From a candidate division WWE3 bacterium CG22_combo_CG10-13_8_21_14_all_39_12 (lineage in GTDB: Bacteria > Patescibacteriota > 4484-211 > GCA-002791395), in contig PCSU01000039.1 in assembly GCA_002771355.1 (NCBI GenBank), positions 1-35,379 of the forward strand: 35,379 bases of DNA. The letters run 5' to 3'. Position 1 is the first letter of the stretch; each line of letters begins with the position of its first letter. Below are positions 23,439 to 32,097 of the stretch, piece by piece. Under the pieces are notes generated by a model. That model was given only the letters and a program-made list of their open reading frames with translations, did no database searches and was not told the origin of the DNA. The position numbers and the translations under genes were made by a program.

Positions 23439-25505
23439 ATGGATGATTCTACACAACCTATTGAAATAATTCGATCAGAAAAACTAAAAAAAATAGCAGC
23501 AATTCGTGACCTTGGATATAACCCGTACCCAGCAGTTCTTGAATTCAAGATAACCCCGATTAGTACGGCTACCCAAAGCACCGATGGTGAATCAGCACAT
23601 GTTGCAGGTCGACTCACCAGTATTCGTGGTCATGGAGGAATTAAATTTGCAGATATTGCCGATGAAACAGGAACGATTCAACTTGCATTTAAAGATGATA
23701 TCTTATCCCCCACACAACGTGAACTTCTTGGGCTTATGGACCCTGCAGACTTTGTTGAAGTTTCGGGAGAATTATTTACTACAAAAGCTGGAGAACTAAC
23801 AATTAAGGTTACTGCTTTTAATCTTTTATCAAAAGCAATTCGCCCTCTTCCTGATAACCATGAAGGAATTAAAGACAAGGAAGTTAGATACCGCAAACGA
23901 TATCTGGACCTCATGATTAATCCAGAAACACGGCGTATTTTTTCTATTCGCCACAAAATTGTAAAAGGGATTAGGACCTTCCTTGACGAAAAAGGCCTAA
24001 CCGAAGTTGAAACGCCTGTTCTTCAACCACTTTATGGTGGCGCTAATGCAAAACCATTCACCACTCACATTAACGCCCTTGATACTGATGCATACCTTCG
24101 AATTGCTTCTGAGTTATACCTAAAAAGACTTGTTGTTGGAGGAATAGAAGGCGTTTATGATATTGCGAAAGATTTTAGGAATGAAGGTATTGACCAAACC
24201 CACTACCCTGAATTTAGTATGCTTGAAACCTATATCCCCTATATTGATTATCACGGAATGATGGATGTCATGGAAGAAATGATGCGTTACCTTGCTTTTG
24301 ATGTGTTAGACATGAATTCTGTAACTGTTCATGATACTCAAGTTAACCTTAAAGGTGTGTGGAAACGGGTAGTCATGACTGACCTTATTCAACAAAAACT
24401 AAACCTTGATCCCCTGACAAAAACCCAAAAAGAGCTTGAGGTTTTTGCTCGTGAAAACCACCTTGAGTTTGCAAATACGATTACAAAAGGTGAACTTATC
24501 TTTTTAATATTCGACAAACTTTGTGCAGATTCCCTGATTGATCCAACATGGGTTATTGACTACCCACAAGAAATGAGTCCATTGTCAAAACAACATAGAG
24601 AAAAAGAGGGCTTTGTGGAACGCTTCGAACTCTACATTGGGGGAGTAGAGATCATGGATGGCTGGAGTGAAATTAACGATCCTATTGAACAGCGTGCCAG
24701 GTTTGAGGCTGAAGCATACCGAAACCTTGGAGATGGTGAGCAAGCACAACCAATTGATGAAGACTTCTTAGAAGCAATGGAACATGGTCTCCCCCCATTC
24801 GCAGGAATTGGAACCGGAATCGAAAGATTAACAATGTTCTTTACCAATAACTGGTCCATTCAGGAAGTAATATTATTCCCTTTCAAAAAACCATTACCAA
24901 AAGACGAACCTAAAACTCAAATCAATGAAAATATTGATGGTTTACCTTCACGTGACAAAGCACATGAGCTCCTTACCAAACATGTAACAGATGACTACCA
25001 ACGACTACACGCAAAAATGATTGCTGCAGTTCTTGAAAACTATGCTATTAAAAATGGTGAAAATATTGATTTATGGTATCTTACCGGACTACTACATGAC
25101 CTCGATTACACAGAATATCCAGTAGAACACCCTCAAAAAGAATGCGACTGGTTTGTTGAATGGAACTATCCCCAACAACTGATTCATGCGATTGAAGCCC
25201 ACGCACATGAACGAACTAACGTTAAACCTCAGACAACACTCGCAAAAATGTTAGTCGCTACGGATGAAATAGCTGGTGTTATGTACGCATACGCCAAGTT
25301 ACGCCCCGAAGGATTTGTTGGTATGAAACCATCTTCATTTAAGAAAAAATTAAAAGACAAGTCCTTTGCACCAAATATTTCGAGGGAAGATATCGAATAT
25401 GCGCTTTCACATCTTGAAGGTGATGAGTCTGACCACTTTGCACTTATGATCGAGGTCTTTTGTTCAATGCCCGAACTTAAATCTGTTCACGCGGAAAAAA
25501 TATAG
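23439..25505 (+). CDS. lysS: lysine--tRNA ligase (class II) fused to a C-terminal HD-superfamily hydrolase domain
   Basis: The class II LysRS core shows DFRNEGID and GIGTGIERLTMF motifs and ends near FPFKKP. About 190 further residues carry H...HD (LHAKMIAAVLE...GLLHDLDY), HAIEAHAHE and KKKLKDKSFA, like stand-alone COG2316-type HD hydrolases. The track ORF start at 23238 overlaps the divergent gene. The ATG at 23439 (MDDSTQPIE) is preferred. Confidence 0.85.
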   Translation: MDDSTQPIEIIRSEKLKKIAAIRDLGYNPYPAVLEFKITPISTATQSTDGESAHVAGRLTSIRGHGGIKFADIADETGTIQLAFKDDILSPTQRELLGLMDPADFVEVSGELFTTKAGELTIKVTAFNLLSKAIRPLPDNHEGIKDKEVRYRKRYLDLMINPETRRIFSIRHKIVKGIRTFLDEKGLTEVETPVLQPLYGGANAKPFTTHINALDTDAYLRIASELYLKRLVVGGIEGVYDIAKDFRNEGIDQTHYPEFSMLETYIPYIDYHGMMDVMEEMMRYLAFDVLDMNSVTVHDTQVNLKGVWKRVVMTDLIQQKLNLDPLTKTQKELEVFARENHLEFANTITKGELIFLIFDKLCADSLIDPTWVIDYPQEMSPLSKQHREKEGFVERFELYIGGVEIMDGWSEINDPIEQRARFEAEAYRNLGDGEQAQPIDEDFLEAMEHGLPPFAGIGTGIERLTMFFTNNWSIQEVILFPFKKPLPKDEPKTQINENIDGLPSRDKAHELLTKHVTDDYQRLHAKMIAAVLENYAIKNGENIDLWYLTGLLHDLDYTEYPVEHPQKECDWFVEWNYPQQLIHAIEAHAHERTNVKPQTTLAKMLVATDEIAGVMYAYAKLRPEGFVGMKPSSFKKKLKDKSFAPNISREDIEYALSHLEGDESDHFALMIEVFCSMPELKSVHAEKI

Positions 25506-25516
25506 AATTTCTATTT

Positions 25517-25990
25517 CTATGAATGAATCTTAATTATCTTATATTCAACAGAAGTATGAGGGAGCTTGATTTCAACAATATCTCCTTCTTTAAGACCCAT
25601 CAGACTAGTTCCAACCGGGCTCTCATGACTAACCCTTCCAATTGTTGGATCAGCTTCTATTGACCCAACAATAGTAAGTGTCTGTTCTTTTCCTCGAACA
25701 TCAACAGTAATGGTAGATCCAAGTTCAATATGTGCCTTTCCTGCAATATCTGACTTATCAACCACCTGTACTTTTTCTAAAACTTCAGTAAGTTCCAACA
25801 ATCTTCCTTCAATAAGATTTAGTGCCTCTCTGGCAGCATTATACTCATCGTTATCTTCTAAACTACCCATATCTCTGGCATGTTTTACTCGAACAAGCGC
25901 TTTAGGTTTACTCTCAGCTTGCAATCGTTTTTTTTCATCTAAAAGATTGTTGTAGCCTTCCCTTGTTACGTAATAAGTGTGATCGTCCAT
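25517..25990 (-). CDS. GreA-family transcription factor, divergent paralog (tip motif GSLEDNDEY)
   Basis: 157 aa with a Gre coiled coil and a C-terminal globular domain (SHESPVGTSLMGLKEGD). The catalytic Asp position of the GDLxENAEY motif is Ser. Confidence 0.8.
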   Translation of the reverse strand: MDDHTYYVTREGYNNLLDEKKRLQAESKPKALVRVKHARDMGSLEDNDEYNAAREALNLIEGRLLELTEVLEKVQVVDKSDIAGKAHIELGSTITVDVRGKEQTLTIVGSIEADPTIGRVSHESPVGTSLMGLKEGDIVEIKLPHTSVEYKIIKIHS

Positions 25991-25994
25991 ATTT

Positions 25995-26459
25995 TTATGA
26001 TATTGATGTTATCTCATATTCAACAGAACCTTGTGGCATAGTTAATGTAACAGTATCCCCAACAGACCTACCAATTAATGCACTTCCTACTGGAGATTCC
26101 GCCGAAATCTTGCCAATGGAAATATCTGACTCCTGTTCACCAACAACCATGAATTCACGAGTTGCACCATTGTATGTAACCTCAACTGTAGATCCGTGCT
26201 CTACCTTATCAAGTGAGCCAGATTTTTTAGAAATCTTTGCGTGTTTTACAATATGCTGGATTTCCTCAATTCGACCTTGTATTACAGCCTGCTTCTCACG
26301 AGCAGCATGATATGCGGCATTTTCTCGCAAATCTCCCAACGTTCGAGCCTCTTCCATGTATTTAATAATATTCGGACGTTGAACTGTGATTAAGTCATTA
26401 AGCTCTTGTGTAAGACTATCGTATCCACTCTGTGTTAGTAATATTTTTGGGTTACTCAT
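25995..26459 (-). CDS. greA: transcription elongation factor GreA (canonical tip motif GDLRENAAYHAAREKQ)
   Basis: 154 aa counted from the ATG at 26459 (MSNPKILLTQSGY). The track ORF starts upstream at a GTG. The C-terminal SAESPVGSALIGRSVGD motif is present. Confidence 0.85.
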   Translation of the reverse strand: MSNPKILLTQSGYDSLTQELNDLITVQRPNIIKYMEEARTLGDLRENAAYHAAREKQAVIQGRIEEIQHIVKHAKISKKSGSLDKVEHGSTVEVTYNGATREFMVVGEQESDISIGKISAESPVGSALIGRSVGDTVTLTMPQGSVEYEITSIS

Positions 26460-26669
26460 TTGAATAAAATTTACCTGATAATGATACCAGACGTCATCAA
26501 GTGGCACGCAATACATAGCCGTTACGCATGGCACTAGCTGGGAAAATATCTACTCTATCCTTATAAACAATTCCTTCTTACCCTGCTATAACAACCTAAA
26601 ACAGAAACAGTACACAATCAACAAAAAACCATAAAAAAAATTTATGAATTATTCCTAGTTTTAATCTTG

Positions 26670-27674
26670 TTATTTTAACTTTTGGTCAACAACCCAAGCG
26701 TTATATAAAATAAATATAACAGCAACCACAGGAACTGAAAGAAGTGCTCCCATAGGTCCACCAAGTTTTCCACCAATTAAAAGAGCTATTAATACAACGA
26801 GTGGGTCTAATCCAACAGCATGCTTCATAACTCGTGGTACAACTATACTTCCTTCCAACTGTTGAATAAGAATGAAAGCAACAACAACGACCACTACCTG
26901 TACTGGTGAAACCGCGAGAGCAACAAGTATTGCTGGTATAGCAGAAATAATAGGACCAATAATTGGAACAATTTCCAAAATACCTGCAATAATTGCCAGC
27001 GGAAGAGCAAAGGGCAGCCCAATCACTCGTAAAATAAGGTATGTTACCACACCAATAATTGTCATGAGAATTAATTCTCCTCGCAACCATGATCCCAACT
27101 TACTGTCAATCAAAGTAAATAGATTCTTATAATTTTTTTTATCATTTGTAGGAATAACTGCAACTAAAAACTTATGGATACGTTCATTTTCAAGTGAGAA
27201 GTAAAACGTAAAAATTAACATCATTATTACATCAAGAACACCACCAAACACGCTTGCTCCAAACCTAACAGCATCAAGCGGTACCGTTGCCAACTGTTTA
27301 GAAATCGTAGATAACGCATCAAGAATATACGGTTGAAATGGGGTACCTTCAATATTTAGACGAACAATTGATTCCTGTACAAACATTGGTACAGCACTAA
27401 AAAACCGCTGCATTTCACCCAAAAAAGGACCAAAGGTTAACCCCATACCAACTCCGACAATCAAAATAATAACAAGATAAACACTTACAACAGATGCCCA
27501 GCGAGGTAACCCATACTCCTCAAAACGCTTTACTGCCGGCATAATCGCAGCCATTATGATATATGCTATAAATAGCATTATTGCAATATCCATAAGCCAA
27601 TATAAAAGAAAACCAAGAATACTCCAGAACATAATCTGCTTTAAAAGGCGAGCATCAAACGTTAAGGTGGCCAT
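26670..27674 (-). CDS. AI-2E family transporter (PerM/YhhT-like, UPF0118)
   Basis: 334 aa and polytopic, with the LEIVPIIGPIISAIPAILVAL signature region. Confidence 0.75.
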   Translation of the reverse strand: MATLTFDARLLKQIMFWSILGFLLYWLMDIAIMLFIAYIIMAAIMPAVKRFEEYGLPRWASVVSVYLVIILIVGVGMGLTFGPFLGEMQRFFSAVPMFVQESIVRLNIEGTPFQPYILDALSTISKQLATVPLDAVRFGASVFGGVLDVIMMLIFTFYFSLENERIHKFLVAVIPTNDKKNYKNLFTLIDSKLGSWLRGELILMTIIGVVTYLILRVIGLPFALPLAIIAGILEIVPIIGPIISAIPAILVALAVSPVQVVVVVVAFILIQQLEGSIVVPRVMKHAVGLDPLVVLIALLIGGKLGGPMGALLSVPVVAVIFILYNAWVVDQKLK

Positions 27675-27676
27675 AT

Positions 27677-28672
27677 CTACTTATCATACCATCTCTTAAC
27701 ACCTTCAACCACAAATTTTTCATACCCAGGCTCTAAAATATTTACCCAGGTTCTTTGTGGTCTTCTCCTTAGCCAATGGACTTGCTGACGAATATATGTA
27801 TGAAGCTCACCAATAATTACTTGCTGCATTTCAAGAGATGTAATCTCTGATGCTATATATTTTTTGGCTGTTCTAAAAAGGAGTCCCTCCAATAACCGAG
27901 TCTGCGGAAATTCACGTATAAGATATTCTGTTTCATCACCCAATACGTTACTTTCAATAAGTTTTTGAATCCACTTGTCACTACGACGATATAATTCAGG
28001 ATACTCAGAAGTTAGAACATACTCATAAATATCAATGTCTGACTCAGACCGAAGAGGTGAGAATGTTAATCCATCTTTAACACTTCCAACCTCACTTGCT
28101 ACCTCTATATACCTTATAAGCCTTTGGGGATTGTTTTGGTCTGATTTGTTAAGAGAATTAAAACAGACTGGATCAACAGATTCTAATACCTTAAGTAGTT
28201 GATCACTAGTTTTTTCTCGCAAACTATTTCGAAGGATTTCATTTGGTCCCACGGTACTGTACGAGGCATGTCCTAACAGTGCATCTACATAAAACCCAGT
28301 TCCACCAACAACAACTGGAACCTTACCACTTTTCCATGCGTCATAAATAATGTCACATGAAGATAATACAAACGTAGTAACGTTATACTCTTGGTCCGGA
28401 GAAACAACATCATACCCATAAATTGTTACGCCATCCTGTAGCCAATACCCGTCATGCTTTACAAATTTTCCTTGAGTAGTATCTGGAGAAATTTTATTCG
28501 TAACATAATCAACACCCTTATATACCTGCCTTGAATCAGCAGAAATGATTATTCCGTTTATATATTGTAAAACTTCTATCCCCAATGAGGTTTTTCCTGT
28601 CCCTGTCGGTCCCGTTATCACAATAATTGGTTTTACCATAATTTGTTTTTGAAATATTGAATTAGCCTCCAT
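27677..28672 (-). CDS. miaA: tRNA dimethylallyltransferase
   Basis: P-loop ITGPTGTGKTS and the ISADSRQVYKGVD motif. The start is uncertain: track GTG at 28678, ATG at 28672, or ATG at 28639. Confidence 0.85.
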   Translation of the reverse strand: MEANSIFQKQIMVKPIIVITGPTGTGKTSLGIEVLQYINGIIISADSRQVYKGVDYVTNKISPDTTQGKFVKHDGYWLQDGVTIYGYDVVSPDQEYNVTTFVLSSCDIIYDAWKSGKVPVVVGGTGFYVDALLGHASYSTVGPNEILRNSLREKTSDQLLKVLESVDPVCFNSLNKSDQNNPQRLIRYIEVASEVGSVKDGLTFSPLRSESDIDIYEYVLTSEYPELYRRSDKWIQKLIESNVLGDETEYLIREFPQTRLLEGLLFRTAKKYIASEITSLEMQQVIIGELHTYIRQQVHWLRRRPQRTWVNILEPGYEKFVVEGVKRWYDK

Positions 28673-28680
28673 ATACACTT

Positions 28681-28712
28681 ACAGAAAAACCCCAATTAAG
28701 GGGTTTTTCTGT
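28681..28712 (-). terminator. rho-independent terminator after the HU gene (symmetric, potentially bidirectional)
   Basis: ACAGAAAAACCCC-ttaatt-GGGGTTTTTCTGT. A GC core is flanked by an A-tract and a U-tract. Confidence 0.7.
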
Positions 28713-28747
28713 AAGCATAAATGCTTAAAACGGTTTCCTCAACGAGA

Positions 28748-29020
28748 TTACTTTACAGCTTCTTTAAGTGCTGAACCTGCTCGGAAAGCAGGAGTAACTT
28801 GTTCAGGGATATGGATAGGTTCACCCGTCTGTGGATTGCGACCCATACGTGCTGCGCGAGTACGTACTAAGAAAGTCCCAAAACCAGTAAGAGTTACTTT
28901 ATTACCTTTTGCCAATTCTTCTGTAACAACACCGAGAAGTGCGTTTAATGCATCTTCTGCAGCGCGTTTAGTAAGATCAGCGCGTTCTGCCAATTCTTCA
29001 ACAATTTGTGATTTGGTCAT
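28748..29020 (-). CDS. hup: HU-family DNA-binding protein
   Basis: 90 aa. MTKSQIVEELAERADLTKRAAEDALNALL...GFGTFLVRTRAARMGRNPQTGEPIHIP is a canonical HU sequence. The ATG at 29020 is preceded by AAGGGAGGTGA at 7-nt spacing. Confidence 0.95.
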   Translation of the reverse strand: MTKSQIVEELAERADLTKRAAEDALNALLGVVTEELAKGNKVTLTGFGTFLVRTRAARMGRNPQTGEPIHIPEQVTPAFRAGSALKEAVK

Positions 29021-29164
29021 TTGAGATTCACCTCCCTTCACTAGAGTATTAACTCCTTGTGATGATGTCCTTTAAACAATGATACCTTCACAAGACGTCC
29101 AGTTACCATCTCAAACCTACACTTATCCTTAGATACCCTTTCATGATGCTTCAATCTCACCACG

Positions 29165-29193
29165 AGCGTACCATTCCTTTATTTTTCTGTCAA
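29165..29193 (-). promoter_or_regulatory. candidate HU promoter TTGACA-17-TACGCT, giving a leader of about 135 nt
   Basis: The -35 box (29188-29193) overlaps the ymdB stop codon. The -10 box is at 29165-29170. Confidence 0.35.
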
Positions 29194-30002
29194 GCGATTA
29201 CCTTATCACAGCGGGAAAACTCAGTGATCATGCCCTTCTTATCGAAACCAACTTTAATAGAATTAAAAACTTTTGGCCCCTCATACTCCCACACAAATGG
29301 GTCCGTTCTCCCCTCTACAAAGCGATCTACTATAATATCTGTCTTTACACCAAGCACTGAATTTTGAGATCCAACCATCCCTGCATCAGTTACGTAAAAT
29401 GTTCCGTTGGGAAGTACCTGCAAATCTGATGTCGGCACGTGAGTATGTGTTCCAAAGACTCCGTGAGCTCTTCCATCAACATAATTCCCAAACGCCTTTT
29501 TTTCACTGGTAGCTTCTGCATGAAGATCCACCAAAACAATTGACCCTTCTGGAACATCCTTATACAGTTCATCAAATTTGATAAATGGATTTAAGACTGG
29601 CTCTCTCATAAATACTTCTCCTTGAAGATTTATTAGCGTTACCAATACACCGTTATGCGTAGTAAATGTAATAACTCCCGATCCTGGCATTTCACCGTTA
29701 TAGTTTGCTGGCCGCAACAACCCATAGGTTTGATCGATAAGTAATTTTTCATACCCATTCGTACGAAAAACATGGTCACCACTTGTAAAATAATTCACGC
29801 CAGCATTATTCATCTCAAGCAAACTTTTTTCATTAACTCCACGTCCACCTGAAATATTTTCGGCATTCGCAATAACAAGATCAATATTGTTATCAATAAT
29901 CAACTGAGGAAGAATCGTTTCTACAGAACGACGCCCTGGTCTGGCAACAATATCACCAATAAATAAAACGGTTAATTCATTGTGATGGGTTGTGAAATTC
30001 AT
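29190..30002 (-). CDS. ymdB: YmdB-family metallophosphoesterase (TIGR00282; 2',3'-cyclic-nucleotide phosphodiesterase-like)
   Basis: 270 aa with LFIGDIVARPGRR and ANAENISGGRG motifs. It lies directly downstream of rny, as in Bacillus. Confidence 0.85.
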   Translation of the reverse strand: MNFTTHHNELTVLFIGDIVARPGRRSVETILPQLIIDNNIDLVIANAENISGGRGVNEKSLLEMNNAGVNYFTSGDHVFRTNGYEKLLIDQTYGLLRPANYNGEMPGSGVITFTTHNGVLVTLINLQGEVFMREPVLNPFIKFDELYKDVPEGSIVLVDLHAEATSEKKAFGNYVDGRAHGVFGTHTHVPTSDLQVLPNGTFYVTDAGMVGSQNSVLGVKTDIIVDRFVEGRTDPFVWEYEGPKVFNSIKVGFDKKGMITEFSRCDKVIA

Positions 30003-30047
30003 AATAATACGAAACTATTACCTTATTACCTACCAGCCCCAAAGCCA

Positions 30048-31442
30048 TTAGTGTGGTTTTGCAACTGCAGATGCAATAAGTTCTCTGACTACGGTAACTT
30101 TAATTGGTGCAGGAAAATTCGTAATCTGGTCATGTATTTTTTTAGAAATATCATGGGCAAGTTTTACCATTTCCGCATCAGTAATAAGTGCTGGATTTAC
30201 AATCACACGAACTTCTTTACCGGCAGATATTGCAAAACTTTTATCAACACCTGAAAACGAATTTGCAATTGTCTCTAACTCTTTTATACGTTTTACATAC
30301 CCTTCATAATCTTCTTTCCTGGCACCTGGACGTGAACCTGAGATTGCATCAGCAAGGTACATAATCACGGCTTCTGCAGTTGGGAATTTATCTTCATGAT
30401 GATGCTCAAATGCTTGAACGATCTCCTCATCAATACCATACCGCCTTGCAATCTCAGCCCCAACAACAGCATGACCTTTATCTGTCTCAGCTGTAACCGC
30501 TTTACCCATGTCATGAAGCAAACATGCCTGACGCACAACCTCAACATCTGCGCCAACCTCAGTTGCAATTGCAACACCGATTTTTATAACTTCAAGTGTG
30601 TGATCAATCATGTTTTGACCGTAAGAGCTTCTAAACTTAAGTCTTCCAAGAAGCATGGTAATCTCTTCAGGCATTCGTGCAACTTTAGCACGGAACAAAA
30701 AGTCTTCTCCTGCTTCTTTAACAATTTGATCAACTTCCCCTTGGGCCTTTTCAAGTTCTTCTGTGATTCGTGTTGGCTGTATTCTGCCATCAGCGACCAA
30801 TCGTTCCATTGCAATACGTGCAATTTCGCGTTTTACAGGATCAAAGCTTGAAACAGTAACCGTAGGTTCACCTGGCTCACCAATGTCTACACTTACACCT
30901 GATGCATCCTCAAACGATTTAATATTTCTCCCATCTTTACCAATAATTCTACCTTTCATTTCTTCTTCAGGAAGATCAATCGTGTTAATGGTATATTCCC
31001 CAACATTTTCAGTACCAACCCTTTGCATTGCAGTTATAAGAATATCCCTGGCCTTTTTATCGGACTCAAGACGAATCTGTTCCTCATTATCACGAATCTT
31101 GATTGCAGCCTCTGAAGCAAGTTCTTTTTCAAGAGCGATAGAAAGCTCTTTTTTTAGATCACTCACAGTTTCAGGTGATACCTTGGAAACCTTATCAATA
31201 AAGTCTTGTCTTGTCTGTGATAATTCTGTTAACGTTGATTCGTAGCGAGAAATAAGGATTGTGAGGGTTTCCTCTTGTTTGGTAGCTGTCTCGAGCTTCT
31301 TATCAGCTTCTTCACGCACTTTTAGTGCTTCATCTTTAGCCTCAAGCACTACTTCGCGCGCTTCAGTTTTAATATCTTTTGCTAACTGGTTATCACTCAC
31401 AAAAGACTGTAGAAGTTCTTCTAATCTTGTCGTATCTGCCAT
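30048..31442 (-). CDS. rny: ribonuclease Y (KH plus HD domains), lacking an N-terminal transmembrane helix
   Basis: KH motif GRIIGKDGRNIKSFE, HD domain HTLEV...LLHDMGKA, and a long N-terminal coiled coil. The ORF cannot extend upstream because the recX stop is 7 nt away. Confidence 0.9.
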   Translation of the reverse strand: MADTTRLEELLQSFVSDNQLAKDIKTEAREVVLEAKDEALKVREEADKKLETATKQEETLTILISRYESTLTELSQTRQDFIDKVSKVSPETVSDLKKELSIALEKELASEAAIKIRDNEEQIRLESDKKARDILITAMQRVGTENVGEYTINTIDLPEEEMKGRIIGKDGRNIKSFEDASGVSVDIGEPGEPTVTVSSFDPVKREIARIAMERLVADGRIQPTRITEELEKAQGEVDQIVKEAGEDFLFRAKVARMPEEITMLLGRLKFRSSYGQNMIDHTLEVIKIGVAIATEVGADVEVVRQACLLHDMGKAVTAETDKGHAVVGAEIARRYGIDEEIVQAFEHHHEDKFPTAEAVIMYLADAISGSRPGARKEDYEGYVKRIKELETIANSFSGVDKSFAISAGKEVRVIVNPALITDAEMVKLAHDISKKIHDQITNFPAPIKVTVVRELIASAVAKPH

Positions 31443-31449
31443 ATCGGGC

Positions 31450-32097
31450 CTATTGTAGCACAGTTTTGATAGCCTCCCAAGAATAACCCCGCCGTTTTAG
31501 GTAATTTACCAACCGTGTTTTTTGCTTCTCATCCGTTAAATCATATTTACCTTTTACCGCCTGGGCGTGAGTTGAAATATTTTCAGTATCAGACTGAGAC
31601 TCTTCCATCCACACTCGTTTAGTCAGTTGGGAACTAATCCCCTTTTGCATTAACTCTGAAGTAATACGCCTCAATCCACTCGGTTTATTTTTTGATGTCC
31701 GTTGTTCAATCCACCATTTCACAAACTCTTCATCGTTTACATAGTTATATTCCATGAGCTTGTGGATAATTCGCTCAATAAACTGTTCCTTTCGCTCTTT
31801 TTCATCGGGTTCTTTAAATAGATCCCGTTTATACATTTTTTCTGACATGTGATCGTGAATCTCTTTTGACGAACGGGGACGACGGGATAAATAATCTAGA
31901 GATTTATTAAACATTGCACCAAAGTCAGACTCATCCTGAATACGTGAAAGATCGCTTGGTTCTAACTCATCACCTTTTTTTATATGAAGTCGAATAAGTG
32001 TATCTTCATCAATGCCGGTAAAAAATTCATCATCAACAAAAATATTATATCTACTCTTGTTCTTTTTCTGTACTGAGATTGAAGTGATTTTAGGCAT
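31450..32097 (-). CDS. recX: recombination regulator RecX
   Basis: 215 aa with a RecX-like N-terminus (ISVQKKNKSRYNIFVDDEFFTGIDEDTLIRLHIKKGDEL) and repeated helical modules, in a recA neighbourhood. Confidence 0.75.
   Translation of the reverse strand: MPKITSISVQKKNKSRYNIFVDDEFFTGIDEDTLIRLHIKKGDELEPSDLSRIQDESDFGAMFNKSLDYLSRRPRSSKEIHDHMSEKMYKRDLFKEPDEKERKEQFIERIIHKLMEYNYVNDEEFVKWWIEQRTSKNKPSGLRRITSELMQKGISSQLTKRVWMEESQSDTENISTHAQAVKGKYDLTDEKQKTRLVNYLKRRGYSWEAIKTVLQ

Noticed and set aside
30396-31245. Long plus-strand ORFs (151 and 160 aa) antisense to rny. Similar antisense or alternative-frame ORFs occur at 17790-18260, 5522-5881, 25963-26310 and 26701-27090.
   Set aside because: Their compositions are Ser/Cys/Ile-rich and low in complexity, as expected for the antisense or shifted frame of real genes. 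They have no start signals. In each case the overlapped gene has unambiguous homology.
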